A DNA stretch of 64,000 nucleotides from an uncultured Candidatus Saccharibacteria bacterium (GCA_964404925.1 CAYOLW010000004.1:8894-72893); one strand, 5' to 3'. Counted from the first letter of the stretch, positions 1 to 10,511 are shown. Made by a program: numbers and translations. Notes: generated by a model not told the origin, from the sequence alone.

Positions 1-1188
1 TCTCGTGTTTGCATTTGTTGCAGACAAACATGCGCTTTTTCTTATCTTTGGTTGTGTACAATACTAAGGGTGCTTTACATTCGGGGCAGAATATTGGTGT
101 CTCGCAGTGTTTGCACACTGTATACGTGGCTACACCCTTGCGTAGGGTAAAGACAAATACATTCTGGCCCTTATCCAGGGTGTTTTTTATTTTGTCTAAA
201 CTGACAACTGTAATAGGATGCCATTTGCTGTCATTCTCAGTCTTGGCACCCTTCTCAATAACTGAGATTTCTACATCAGTATTAACTCTGTAGGATAGAG
301 ACCTTACTTCACTAAGCATAGATAAATCCTTTCTACCAATTGTTTCAAATCGCAGCAGGGTGTCCGCCATGATTAACTTTGTCTTGATTCTGGTTGCATA
401 AATTTCAACGAATGGACGAAGATCTAGGTTTGATTGAGCTATATTTCTGTATGCACCACTGCCTTCTTGTTCCATAATTATTGCTCGCATGTCATCTCTC
501 TTGATGGCCAGGTAGGGCGCAGTCGCCAACACTAATATGGCATGCTCGCAGGTGTATATATTGCGTATTGTTTCCAGTGCTTTATTTTTAGCTAGTCCTC
601 CGTGTAAGGTGAAAACAAAGTTTTCTATGCCGCGGCCTAGTTCGCTTGCGAGTAAGTTTATCTCATGTTCACGTGGTAGAACTATGAAGATAGATTTATG
701 AGCAGCAAAAGATTCACGAATGAGTGTCTTGTAGTAAGATATTCTTTCGTCTGCACTTGCTTGAAAAAGTAGTTTCTCTGGTTTTAAATTATCGTCTTTC
801 GGGTTTTGTTTTTCTTTAGAATTATCACTGACAATACCCTCGAGCTCATCATAATTTTCTTTGAGCACTGATGGTAATAAATAAGATAAAACTGAATTTT
901 TACTTAAATTAATATAGTCAGCAAACTCTGTAGCCGCCAATAAAAATTCTTCATTTAAAATAGATTTGCCTTTTACAGATTCAATTTTACGTAGGTTAAA
1001 ATCAGCGTTTTTTATCTCAATTTTACTATCCCGAGCATCAGCTGCACTGGTGACAATGCCCAGAAGCTTTTTTTTACGAATTGATACCTCTACGACATCA
1101 TTCACGGCAACTGGCAGAGAAGAAAAATATGTTAGTTCTTCGTCGAAATTGACTTTAGAAAGGGGAATAACCGTAATAACTTTCATGG
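1..1188 (-). CDS. priA: Primosomal protein N' (PriA)-like, partial (C-terminus beyond window start). PriA-type N-terminus and C4 zinc finger are present, but no Walker A.
   Basis: Manual minus-strand translation from ATG at 1188 runs open to position 1. N-term MKVITVIPLSKV...LTY resembles the PriA 3'-DNA-binding N-terminus. CKHCETPIFCPECKAPL...VCNKCKH is a PriA-like zinc-binding motif. No GxGKT motif seen. Absent from the ORF track because no stop lies in the window. Confidence 0.5.
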
Positions 1189-1224
1189 TTTAATATTAGC
1201 ATACTCTATGCTATATTACCCTTA

Positions 1225-2238
1225 ATGTCCATATTTTCCAGAAAACTAGGTATAGACTTGGGAACTGCCAATACTTTGGTGTATTTGCCTGGTAAGGGGG
1301 TGGTTTTAAACGAGCCTTCGGTAGTAGCTGTATCAGAGCAGGATAACAAGGTTCTGGCCATAGGCATGGAAGCTAAAGAAATGGTAGGCAAGACCCCGGA
1401 CTCAATAATTGCCTACAAACCGATGAAGGATGGGGTGATAGCAGATTACCGTATCACCGAGGCAATGCTCAGATATTTCATAAACAAAGCACTAGGTAAA
1501 TTTAATTTCTGGAAGCCAGATGTGATGGTCTCTGTACCAGCTGGTGTGACCTCTACTCAGCGTCGGGCTGTAGTTGAAGCAGCTATCAAAGCTGGTGCTA
1601 AAAATGCGTATGTGGTCAAGGAGCCTATCTTGGCTGCTATTGGTGCTGGTATACCTATTTATGAATCGAAAGGTCACATGATAGTAGATATTGGTGGAGG
1701 TACCACAGACGTGGCTGTTATATCACTCGGTGGAATAGTGGCCTCAACTTCAGTTAAGTGTGCAGGTAACAAAATAGATGCAGCAATTGCTGACTATATC
1801 AAAAAGACCTTTAACCTGGCTATTGGTGACAGAACTGCTGAAGAAGTAAAAATTAAAATTGGCGCAGCTGTATTACTTGAAGAAGAATTAAGAGTCACAA
1901 TTAAAGGACGGGATTATATTCAAGGATTACCTCGTAGTGCTCAGGTTGGTACTAATGAAATAGTGAAGGCTATAGACAACGAGCTGAAGCAAATAATTAA
2001 AGCTATCAAAGAAGTACTGGCTGAAACTCCACCTGAGCTAGCTTCTGATATTATTGACCACGGCATAATCATGACTGGAGGTTCTTCGTTGTTGCGCAAT
2101 CTACCAGATTTGGTTTACCGCAAGACTGGCGTTAAGGCCCAAGTAGCTGAAGATGCGCTGTATTGCGTGGCTAAAGGCACAGGTATAGCGCTGGAACACT
2201 TAGACACATATAAACGTGCAATTTTAAGTAAAAAATAA
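1225..2238 (+). CDS. mreB: Rod shape-determining protein MreB (actin-like ATPase)
   Basis: GIDLGTANTLVY phosphate-1 motif, DIGGGTTD and full-length MreB-like sequence. Confidence 0.92.
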   Translation: MSIFSRKLGIDLGTANTLVYLPGKGVVLNEPSVVAVSEQDNKVLAIGMEAKEMVGKTPDSIIAYKPMKDGVIADYRITEAMLRYFINKALGKFNFWKPDVMVSVPAGVTSTQRRAVVEAAIKAGAKNAYVVKEPILAAIGAGIPIYESKGHMIVDIGGGTTDVAVISLGGIVASTSVKCAGNKIDAAIADYIKKTFNLAIGDRTAEEVKIKIGAAVLLEEELRVTIKGRDYIQGLPRSAQVGTNEIVKAIDNELKQIIKAIKEVLAETPPELASDIIDHGIIMTGGSSLLRNLPDLVYRKTGVKAQVAEDALYCVAKGTGIALEHLDTYKRAILSKK

Positions 2239-2918
2239 TGGACAAATTAAGCAAAGATAATTTGCACCATGCTTATTTACTGCTCGGTAATCGAGAAGAA
2301 ATTTTACCTGCAGTTTTTAATTTTGTTAAAGACATAGGAGAATCTACTACCAATAATCCGGATTTTGTGGTGAGTGATTTTGATGTTTTTAAAATTGAAG
2401 ACGCACGTAACTTTAAAGCACAAACTAGTGAAAAGAAGTTTAGCCAAGGACGTAGAATATTTATTATTTCTGCTAATCAGTTCCTAGTAGAGGCACAGAA
2501 TTCTCTGTTAAAAGTTTTCGAAGAGCCCAAAGAAGATACTCATATTTTTGTAATTAGTCCTAGTATTCAGACATTTTTGCCGACCCTGCTGTCTAGACTT
2601 TATACTATAGAATTAGGCAGTCACTCAAAAACAGACGATCAGACTGCATTAAAATTTATAAAAATGAATTTAACAGATAGAATTAATTTTATTAAAGACC
2701 TGCTAGCTATCGCAAAAGATGAAGAAGGGGATGAATCTCCAAGGACGGTGGCTCAGAACTTTCTAAATAATTTAGAAATAACCTTGCATGCTAACAGGTC
2801 AAAGGCGTCCTTTGACGCTAGTATTTTTGAACATATTTTTAAGGTCAGGGAAAACCTACGCCAACCTGGTGCTGCTCCGAAGATGCTTTTAGAGTCTATT
2901 GCTTTGGTACTTGGATAG
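2238..2918 (+). CDS. holB: DNA polymerase III delta' subunit-like (HolB), N-terminally reduced
   Basis: HHAYLLLG, PDFVV and SANQFLVEAQNSLLKVFEEP...LPTLLSRL align to HolB HHALLI / NALLKTLEEPP / LLATLRSRC blocks. No Walker A or zinc module. Start overlaps the mreB stop (TAATG). Confidence 0.65.
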   Translation: MDKLSKDNLHHAYLLLGNREEILPAVFNFVKDIGESTTNNPDFVVSDFDVFKIEDARNFKAQTSEKKFSQGRRIFIISANQFLVEAQNSLLKVFEEPKEDTHIFVISPSIQTFLPTLLSRLYTIELGSHSKTDDQTALKFIKMNLTDRINFIKDLLAIAKDEEGDESPRTVAQNFLNNLEITLHANRSKASFDASIFEHIFKVRENLRQPGAAPKMLLESIALVLG

Positions 2919-2938
2919 TATGTGTTAAAATAGCGTTT

Positions 2939-3478
2939 ATGAGTTACAATTTTGCAAATTTCAAAAATGAATTAAAGAAGGTAGAAGACTTTTTATCCAA
3001 GGAATACTCCCAGTTGAACATTGGGCGTGCTTCACCGATCGTTCTAGACTCGGTTATGGTTGAATCATATGGTCAAAAACAACCTGTTAAAAACGTAGCC
3101 AGCGTTGGTATTGAAGATCCTAAGACCCTACGCATCAACCCTTGGGATAAAAACAATATCAAAGAAATAGAAAAGGCGATAATGGCCGCTAATTTAGGCC
3201 TTTCCACAGCCGTAGATGAATCTGGTATTCGGGTTGTTTTTCCACAACTTACGGGTGAAACTCGTCAGAAATTGGTAAAAGTTTTAAAAGATAAACTCGA
3301 AGAATCTCGTATCTCTGTACGCAAGGTCCGTCAAGATCAAATGGATGCATTAGCCGCTGCTGAATTAAACGAGGATGATTTAAAAAGAGGCAAAGACGAG
3401 CTACAAAAACTTGTTGATGAAGCTAACAAAAACTTAGAAGGAATTTTTAGTAAAAAGGAGAGCGAAGTTTTAAATTAA
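2939..3478 (+). CDS. frr: Ribosome recycling factor
   Basis: 179 aa. IGRASPIVLD, RINPWD, EKAIMAANLGL, ETRQKLVK and RKVRQD are typical RRF blocks. Confidence 0.9.
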   Translation: MSYNFANFKNELKKVEDFLSKEYSQLNIGRASPIVLDSVMVESYGQKQPVKNVASVGIEDPKTLRINPWDKNNIKEIEKAIMAANLGLSTAVDESGIRVVFPQLTGETRQKLVKVLKDKLEESRISVRKVRQDQMDALAAAELNEDDLKRGKDELQKLVDEANKNLEGIFSKKESEVLN

Positions 3479-3485
3479 TTATTGC

Positions 3486-4589
3486 ATGAACACCATAATA
3501 TTTATCGTTATTTTGTTGGTATTAGTTTTGGTGCACGAGCTAGGACATTTTGCGACCGCAAAATGGTTCAAGGTTCGCGTTGATGAATTCGGCTTTGGTT
3601 TTCCACCCAAGGCGATGACTTTATTTAAAAGAGGAGAAACAGAATACACTTTAAACTGGCTACCAATAGGCGGCTTTGTAAAAATTTTTGGTGAAGAAGT
3701 TAGTGATGATGCTACAAATGGACCCGAAGCTAGCCGAAGCTTTATTAACAAACCAAAATGGCAACAAGCAATTATCCTGGTGGCTGGTATAGCGGCAAAC
3801 TTCCTACTTGCCTGGCTTTTGTTTTCTGTTAGCTTTATGTCCGGACTGCCTTCGTCTGTACAGGGCGCCCCAGCTAATGCAAAACTTACCAATGTACAGC
3901 TAACAGTCGTATCTGTTTTAAAAGATTCTCCAGCTTACGAAGGCGGGGTAAAAGCAGGTGATCAAATAATAAGCATTCAAAGTGGTAAAGATATTGAATA
4001 TAACTTAAACCCAGAATCGTTAAAGAAATTTATCGTAGCACACGGAGAATCAGAAATTCTTGTTCAATACATGCGCAAGAATTACATAGACCCTGGAACC
4101 CATACAGTAAAACCTGAATTGAATGATGCTGGTGTGCCGAGTATTGGTATAGCTATGGACGAGATAGGTACAATGCGCCTTCCTTTCTTTGGTGCATTTG
4201 TGGCTGGAGCAGAGCTTACTTGGAATGTAACCAAAGGCACTGTGACGGGTTTATATGGGATAATAAAAAGTGCTGTTACCGGAGCTGGCGGAATTAGAGA
4301 TTCCATAACCGGACCTGTTGGTATGGTGAAAGTAGTAGGTGATGCCTCACAATTTGGTTTTGCTTATTTACTGTCCTTTGCTGCTCTTATTTCAGTCAAT
4401 TTAGCGGTCATAAATTTCATACCATTCCCAGCGCTTGATGGAGGTCGCTTACTCTTTGTACTAATAGAAAAAATAAAAGGTTCACGCATTAGCCCAAACG
4501 TAGCCAACGTAGCCAACATGGTTGGATTCTGGTTATTGATATTACTTATGGTTTTCGTTACTTATAACGATATAGCGAAATTAATCTAG
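3486..4589 (+). CDS. rseP: RseP-type site-2 protease (M50 zinc metalloprotease with PDZ domain)
   Basis: HELGH zinc motif in the N-terminal TM region, a PDZ-like middle domain, and a C-terminal LDGG motif. Confidence 0.88.
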   Translation: MNTIIFIVILLVLVLVHELGHFATAKWFKVRVDEFGFGFPPKAMTLFKRGETEYTLNWLPIGGFVKIFGEEVSDDATNGPEASRSFINKPKWQQAIILVAGIAANFLLAWLLFSVSFMSGLPSSVQGAPANAKLTNVQLTVVSVLKDSPAYEGGVKAGDQIISIQSGKDIEYNLNPESLKKFIVAHGESEILVQYMRKNYIDPGTHTVKPELNDAGVPSIGIAMDEIGTMRLPFFGAFVAGAELTWNVTKGTVTGLYGIIKSAVTGAGGIRDSITGPVGMVKVVGDASQFGFAYLLSFAALISVNLAVINFIPFPALDGGRLLFVLIEKIKGSRISPNVANVANMVGFWLLILLMVFVTYNDIAKLI

Positions 4590-5957
4590 TATAGAAATTT
4601 TTTGTCCTTCTCCGGTATCTTTTACTTCGTACCCCAGAGAGTTAATTTGTTTTCTTATTTCGTCAGACTTTAGGAAGTCTTTATTTTTGCGAGCTTCCTC
4701 ACGAGCGTTTAATAGATTTAAAATTTCTTCCGGTACTTCAACCTCTTTTAAATCAGCAAAACCCAATGATAATACTTTATCAAAATCCAATATTGTTGCT
4801 TTCTTGTCTTGGTTAGGCACGCCTTCATCTTTTATTAAATCCCACAGTAGTGCCAGCGCGCGGGGTGTATCAAGGTCATCCTCCAACCTTTCTTTAAACT
4901 TTTGTTGATATTCTGAGTTGATAACACCCACTGCCTCACCCAGCCCTAAATACAGTGAATTTAAGCGTTTTAAGGCTATGGCAGCGGCTTCTAGAGCTTC
5001 CCAGTTGAAGTTTACCTTTGTCCTGTAGTTTGCCATCAAAAGCCAAAATCGGTAGGCAACAGGGCTTATTTTGCGTTCAGTAACCCTCTCCAGTGTTAGG
5101 AAGTTATCTCCAGATTTAGCCATTTTCTCACCGGCCGTGTCTACGAATTCATTATGTAGCCAAAAATTAACAAAAGGCTTTTTACCTGTGGCGCATTCAG
5201 ACTGAGCGATTTCGTTTGTATGGTGGATAGATATATGATCAATTCCACCAGTATGAATGTCGAACTGTTCGCCCAGGAATTTCATTCCCATAGCTGAACA
5301 TTCAATATGCCAGCCAGGAAAACCTTGGCCCCATTTTGAAGGGTAGCCTATTTTGTTATTGAATTTCCAAAGAGCGAAATCTGCAGGATTGTGTTTTTCT
5401 GAGTTTTCATCAATACGCGCATGTTCTTTGTCAGTTGTTCTTTTGCCGCCCCACAGTGCACCATAGTCGGGCATTTTTTCTGTATCAAAATACACACCAT
5501 CTGTTGTGATATAGGTGAATCCTTTTTCTTCTAGTCTTTCAACTAATTCCGCGTCTTCTGGGACATAATCAGACGCATAGTATTGCCCAGAAGGGAATTT
5601 GATATTTAATTTAGCCAAGTCTTCATTAAAGCGCGCAGTATAGAATTCTGCCAATGTGCGCATATTGGCAAGTGTTAATTCTTTGCCTTCACGCAGAAGT
5701 CCTTTGGTCATTTTGTCTTCGCCAGAATCAGCATCAGAGGCTAGGTGCCCTATATCAGTTATATTCATTACTTGCTTTACCTCATAGCCAGAATATTCTA
5801 AGACCTTTCTTAGGACGTCCGCACAAACATAAGCTCGCAAATTACCAATATGAGCAAAGTTATAAACAGTTGGACCGCAGGTATACATGAGTACCTGACC
5901 TTCATTAATTGTTTTGAAGTTATCTTTTGTTCGAGTTAGGGTGTTATAGATTTTCAT
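4581..5957 (-). CDS. cysS: Cysteinyl-tRNA synthetase
   Basis: CGPTVYNFAHIGN (HIGH-type), KMAKSGDN (KMSKS), 458 aa. Converges on rseP with a 9-nt overlap. Confidence 0.93.
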   Translation of the reverse strand: MKIYNTLTRTKDNFKTINEGQVLMYTCGPTVYNFAHIGNLRAYVCADVLRKVLEYSGYEVKQVMNITDIGHLASDADSGEDKMTKGLLREGKELTLANMRTLAEFYTARFNEDLAKLNIKFPSGQYYASDYVPEDAELVERLEEKGFTYITTDGVYFDTEKMPDYGALWGGKRTTDKEHARIDENSEKHNPADFALWKFNNKIGYPSKWGQGFPGWHIECSAMGMKFLGEQFDIHTGGIDHISIHHTNEIAQSECATGKKPFVNFWLHNEFVDTAGEKMAKSGDNFLTLERVTERKISPVAYRFWLLMANYRTKVNFNWEALEAAAIALKRLNSLYLGLGEAVGVINSEYQQKFKERLEDDLDTPRALALLWDLIKDEGVPNQDKKATILDFDKVLSLGFADLKEVEVPEEILNLLNAREEARKNKDFLKSDEIRKQINSLGYEVKDTGEGQKISILD

Positions 5958-5959
5958 GT

Positions 5960-6985
5960 CTATTTTGCTGTTTGTTCTGTGCCTTCATACTCATCTCGAT
6001 AGATAGTGATTAAAGCATAAAGAAGGGAAACGATAAGCGGACCAAAAAGGAAACCAACTGGACCCATAAGTACTAAACCGCCTAATACGGAGAATAATAC
6101 TAATATCTGAGGTATTTTAATTTTTGAAGATATAACTATTGGGTTTAATAGATTGTCTACCCAACCAACTATTAAAAATGCCCAAATACCAATACCGATA
6201 GCTTGGGGTACATGTCCAGTAGCTACTAGGAAAATAACAGAAGGGATGGAAACAAGCGCTGTACCAACCGTAGGCAATAGGGATCCTATACCAGCCACTA
6301 CTCCCCAAAGTGCAGCAGAGGGTACTCCAGCCACTGCTAGGCCTATGCCCATAAGCGTTCCTTGTATTACTGCGATAAGCAAATAGCCTTTCACAATACC
6401 GTTGATTGATTGTGTAAGCCTGTTTAATATTTTGCTATCGTCTTTATCAGATAGAGGGCTTATTAAAATTAATTCTTTTTTCCAATTGGCACCATCTTTT
6501 AAGAAGAAGAACAAGGATACTAGCGTTAAGAAAAATCCAAATAAGGTTGTAAGGGTGGAGGTAAATATAGCAGCAATATTCTGAGTCATAAAAACAATAA
6601 ATTCAGAAATTTTATCGTCTAGATTCAATGCTATTCCTTGAGGTAATAAACCATTTATGCTTGCTTCAAGCTTTTGGAGTATTGGGCCGGCGCCACCGTT
6701 TTGGACTATTGAATAGTATAAATCTTGAGTTTGGTTAAAAGCCAAAACGCCCAATCCAAATAAAGGTCCACATATAATAAGGATGAAAAAGAACACAGTT
6801 AATAGAGCTGCCAATCCACCTGGCATTTTTTTCTTGAGTTTACTGTTTATTGGGGATAAAACCACTGCAAAAGCAGCCGAAATAATGATAATCGGCAAAA
6901 AGGGACGGAATACCATGAAAGACAGGAACAATGTTATAAGTAATAGTCCAAAAAAGAAGTAACGCTCAATAATCTTTGTTTGCAT
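5960..6985 (-). CDS. AI-2E family transporter (PerM/UPF0118 permease)
   Basis: Multi-TM protein with a glycine-rich AVAGVPSAALWGVVAGIGSLLP region typical of AI-2E permeases. The track ORF extends to 7285 through the rplU promoter and start, so I trimmed the start to the internal ATG at 6985 (MQTKII...). Confidence 0.7.
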   Translation of the reverse strand: MQTKIIERYFFFGLLLITLFLSFMVFRPFLPIIIISAAFAVVLSPINSKLKKKMPGGLAALLTVFFFILIICGPLFGLGVLAFNQTQDLYYSIVQNGGAGPILQKLEASINGLLPQGIALNLDDKISEFIVFMTQNIAAIFTSTLTTLFGFFLTLVSLFFFLKDGANWKKELILISPLSDKDDSKILNRLTQSINGIVKGYLLIAVIQGTLMGIGLAVAGVPSAALWGVVAGIGSLLPTVGTALVSIPSVIFLVATGHVPQAIGIGIWAFLIVGWVDNLLNPIVISSKIKIPQILVLFSVLGGLVLMGPVGFLFGPLIVSLLYALITIYRDEYEGTEQTAK

Positions 6986-7043
6986 AGGGAAATTATAGCA
7001 CCCGCACTTGCATTTTTGCAAAACATGGTATAGAATAGAACCC

Positions 7044-7361
7044 ATGGAATTTGCAGTAATACAAACAGGGGGCAAGCAATACAAGGTTGAAAAAGGCACA
7101 GTTTTGTCTATAGAAAAACTCGTTGGAAAATACGAGAAAGGGGACAAGGTCTCTTTTGATAAAGTTTTGCTTGTAGACAACGGATCTGACACAACTATTG
7201 GCACACCATATATCACTGGAGCCAAAGTTGATGGAGAAATAACTGAAATCGGACGTGGAAGCAAAGTGCTAGTTATGAAATACAAACAGAAATCCAGATA
7301 CCTACGCAGAAACGGTCACCGACAACCATACTTCAAGATCAAGATAACTTCAATTAAATAA
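7044..7361 (+). CDS. rplU: 50S ribosomal protein L21
   Basis: MEFAVIQTGGKQYKV is the canonical L21 N-terminus. Start trimmed from the track ORF (7008) to ATG 7044. Confidence 0.9.
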   Translation: MEFAVIQTGGKQYKVEKGTVLSIEKLVGKYEKGDKVSFDKVLLVDNGSDTTIGTPYITGAKVDGEITEIGRGSKVLVMKYKQKSRYLRRNGHRQPYFKIKITSIK

Positions 7362-7370
7362 TTAAAAAAA

Positions 7371-7399
7371 CCCCGTCGCTCGCGAGCGACGGGGTTTTT
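7371..7399. terminator. Bidirectional rho-independent terminator shared by rplU (+) and recR (-)
   Basis: ccccgtcgctcg/cgagcgacgggg 12-bp GC stem, with an A-run upstream and a T-run downstream. Confidence 0.8.
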
Positions 7400-7410
7400 C
7401 GTTGAAGACT

Positions 7411-8022
7411 CTAGCTTCTGTTTTTCAAAGCATTTTTCAGAGTATCGTTATCTGAATATTCTAATTCCGTACCAGTTGAAAGCCCTCGTCCTAGAGACGA
7501 AATTTTAATATTTTTATTTTTTATAATATTTTGTAATTCATTGCGAACATAGAAATCTGTATGGTCTCCTTGGGGAGAAATAGAAAAGGCAAGTATGACT
7601 TCTTTTAAATCTTTTTCTTGTTGTATGCGTTTAGATAGTTCATCAATACGAACCCTGGATTTAGTACTTTTTTCTACTATTGGCACCAATCCTCCTAAGA
7701 TAAAATATTTACCATTGTAGACTCGACTCTTCTCAATACTTTCTAAGTCAGAGTCTTTTTCTATTACTATGAGCATGCTGCTGTCTGTGTTAACGGAGCT
7801 GCAATTGTGGCATAAACTATCTATGTGTCCGTCGTCTACGTAGTATCTAAAGCATTCTTTGCATTGATTTATTTCCTTCTTTAGTTGAGAAACTAGGTTA
7901 GATAGGTTGTTAGCATATTCACCATTTCGAGACATCAAAAAGTAGACAAAACGGCGTGCTTGTCTTTCGCCAATACCTGGAAATTCTTTGAAAACCTCAG
8001 TTAATTTATCAACTATATCCAT
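7411..8022 (-). CDS. recR: Recombination protein RecR
   Basis: HhH motif FPGIGERQARR, C4 zinc finger CKEC...CHNC, and a Toprim-like C-terminal region. Confidence 0.9.
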   Translation of the reverse strand: MDIVDKLTEVFKEFPGIGERQARRFVYFLMSRNGEYANNLSNLVSQLKKEINQCKECFRYYVDDGHIDSLCHNCSSVNTDSSMLIVIEKDSDLESIEKSRVYNGKYFILGGLVPIVEKSTKSRVRIDELSKRIQQEKDLKEVILAFSISPQGDHTDFYVRNELQNIIKNKNIKISSLGRGLSTGTELEYSDNDTLKNALKNRS

Positions 8023-8023
8023 A

Positions 8024-9469
8024 TTAGAAGTCTTCTAATCCGCCGCTGCCTTCGGGAACTTTAGCGGAAAAGTCACTAAGGCTGCTTTTCTCGAGAGATA
8101 GGAATGTGGTCGTCTTTTCATCAAAGAATAGGTCAACCTTTCCCACGGGTCCATTTCGGTGTTTTTCAATTAATATTTCAGCGATGTTGGTGCGCTCGGA
8201 TTCATCTTTACCTTTATCTTCACGGTGGATAAACATAACCACGTCTGCATCCTGCTCGATAGATCCAGAGTCTCGGAGGTCAGACAGGCGAGGCTTGCCA
8301 CCACGAGATTCAACTGCACGAGAAAGCTGTGACAGAGCAATAACAGGCACGTCTAACTCTTTGGCTAATGCCTTGAGCGATCGGGAAATCTCAGTAACTT
8401 GGTTCACCATGGAATCATGTGCCTTGCTGGTGGTCATAAGCTGCAAGTAGTCAACAACAATCATATCTAGACCCTTTTCAGATTTAATACGTCGGGCTAG
8501 AGACTTCATGCGTACTATGGAGTTGCCAGCTTGGTCATCGATGTATATCTTTGCTTTAGCGAGCTTGTCGAGTGAATCACGCAGGTGAGTGAATTCTCGA
8601 TCTGACGAAAGTCTTCCGGTGCGTAGATTCCAAGCATTCACTCGGGATTCTGCAGAGAGCATACGGTCTACTAATTGTTGGGAAGACATTTCAAGTGAGA
8701 ATATCAAGATTGATTTATCATGATTCGTGGCAGACATACGGGCCATATCAAGGGCGAGAGTTGTCTTACCCATAGAAGGTCGGGCTGCTAGAATGATTAA
8801 ATCAGAATTTTGAAATCCAGATAACATATTATCCAAATCTCGGAATCCAGTAGACACGCCCCGCAATTCTCCTTTTCTTTCATGTAGTTTTTCTAAACGT
8901 TCCCATGCTTCAGGAAGAGAGTCTTTTAGACTTATGAATTTTTGACTTTTTGGAGATGATACAACAGAAAAGATTTTTTTCTCTGCTAGGTCGAGTATAT
9001 CGTCCATATGATCGTCTCCTTCGTTCATTGCTATTTCAGATACATAATCTGCCGCATCAATTAAACTACGTAGAACAAACTTTTTCTGTACTATGTAGGC
9101 ATAGTGTTTAGCATTAGTAGAAGATGGAACAGTATTTACTATATCAGCCAAATATTTGTTGCCACCTACTAGATCTAGACGTTTTTGGTCTTTTAATTTA
9201 GTAGACAGAGAAAGCATATCAATCGGTTCGTTTTGCATGGCCAGGTCCAGCATGGCTTGGAATATCATTTTATGTTTTTCAGCATAAAATGAATCAGGCG
9301 AAAGAATATCTTCAACTTCTTGCATTGCGTCTTTGCGAAGCATGATGGAACCAAGTACTGCCATCTCAGATTCTAAGCTTTGAGGAGGAATCCTGATTTT
9401 GTTCTTTGGAGTGTTGGATTGGTGAGAATCGTATTTTTTGTAATTTTCTTTTTTATAATTTTCGGACAT
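8024..9469 (-). CDS. dnaB: Replicative DNA helicase DnaB
   Basis: PPQSLESEMAVLGSIML N-terminus, Walker A ARPSMGKTTLAL, 481 aa. Confidence 0.92.
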   Translation of the reverse strand: MSENYKKENYKKYDSHQSNTPKNKIRIPPQSLESEMAVLGSIMLRKDAMQEVEDILSPDSFYAEKHKMIFQAMLDLAMQNEPIDMLSLSTKLKDQKRLDLVGGNKYLADIVNTVPSSTNAKHYAYIVQKKFVLRSLIDAADYVSEIAMNEGDDHMDDILDLAEKKIFSVVSSPKSQKFISLKDSLPEAWERLEKLHERKGELRGVSTGFRDLDNMLSGFQNSDLIILAARPSMGKTTLALDMARMSATNHDKSILIFSLEMSSQQLVDRMLSAESRVNAWNLRTGRLSSDREFTHLRDSLDKLAKAKIYIDDQAGNSIVRMKSLARRIKSEKGLDMIVVDYLQLMTTSKAHDSMVNQVTEISRSLKALAKELDVPVIALSQLSRAVESRGGKPRLSDLRDSGSIEQDADVVMFIHREDKGKDESERTNIAEILIEKHRNGPVGKVDLFFDEKTTTFLSLEKSSLSDFSAKVPEGSGGLEDF

Positions 9470-9559
9470 GAGGTAATTTTAACATATATGTAAAACTCAC
9501 CAAGTAAGGTAAAAGAATAAACCTGTGACTTCCATGTGGATTCGTGATATTATCTATAC

Positions 9560-10507
9560 ATGACAAGGAAAATAATGCTTTCAGGAGTCAAACCAACCGG
9601 CGCACCACACATTGGTAACTATTTTGGCGCTATGCGTCAGTTCGTAGAAATGCAAAAAGATTTTGAATCTTATGTGATGATTGCTGATTATCACGCGCTA
9701 AATTTTATTCAGAACAAGGAAGAAATGCATGATAATATCATTGGCGTTTTACTTGATTATTTGGCTATCGGACTTGATCCTAAGAACGTTACAATTTTTA
9801 AACAAAGTGATATATCTGAACATACAGAATTAGCTTGGATTTTTGATACACTTGTCACCATGCCGTACTTGATGCGGGCTCATGCTTTTAAAGATGCTGA
9901 GGCAAAAAACAAAGAAATAAATGTTGGCACTTTTAATTACCCAGTGCTGATGGCAGCAGATATATTACTTTATGATGCAGATGTAGTGCCTGTGGGTAAA
10001 GACCAACAGCAACATGTAGAAATAGCTCGTGACCTAGCGCAAAAATTTAATAACACTTTCGGTGATACATTTAAAATGCCAGTACACAAAATAGTTGAAG
10101 ATGTAGCCACCGTACCTGGCACTGATGGGCAGAAAATGTCCAAGAGTTATAAAAATACCATACCGCTTTTTGCAGAATATGAAGAAATAAAAAAATGTGT
10201 AATGAGTATTGTGACTGATTCAGGAGGGGATGTGCCACAGAATGTTTATGCTATTCATAAACTCCTTAGAAGCGAAGAAGAATTGAAAGCAATTTATGAA
10301 GAGCACAAAGGCAAGTACAAAATCTTAAAAGAAATATTAATTGAAGATTTAGAAAAATTCATTGCCCCTATGCGTGAACGCAGAAAAGAACTGGCTAGTG
10401 ATTTGTTTAAGGCTATTAAGATATTGGAGGAAGGTAGCGCAAAAGCTAAATCCAAAGCAAGTATTAAAATGAAACAAATTAAAGATAATTTAGGAGTTAA
10501 TATATAA
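9560..10507 (+). CDS. trpS: Tryptophanyl-tRNA synthetase
   Basis: GVKPTGAPHIGNYFGA (HIGH), KMSKS present, ~315 aa class I synthetase. Confidence 0.9.
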   Translation: MTRKIMLSGVKPTGAPHIGNYFGAMRQFVEMQKDFESYVMIADYHALNFIQNKEEMHDNIIGVLLDYLAIGLDPKNVTIFKQSDISEHTELAWIFDTLVTMPYLMRAHAFKDAEAKNKEINVGTFNYPVLMAADILLYDADVVPVGKDQQQHVEIARDLAQKFNNTFGDTFKMPVHKIVEDVATVPGTDGQKMSKSYKNTIPLFAEYEEIKKCVMSIVTDSGGDVPQNVYAIHKLLRSEEELKAIYEEHKGKYKILKEILIEDLEKFIAPMRERRKELASDLFKAIKILEEGSAKAKSKASIKMKQIKDNLGVNI

Positions 10508-10511
10508 AAAT

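Noticed and set aside
9-293. Track ORF 9..293 (+), plus other short ORFs antisense or inside strong genes (e.g. 3479-3892-, 8106-8450+, 10294-10524-, 28366-28644-, 29426-29830-, 53358-53681+, 60566-60853+)
   Set aside because: Each lies within or antisense to a well-supported conserved gene and has a composition-biased, non-protein-like sequence.
4498-4515. Tandem 9-bp repeat gtagccaac gtagccaac
   Set aside because: It lies inside rseP and simply encodes VANVAN. It is not a CRISPR or regulatory repeat.
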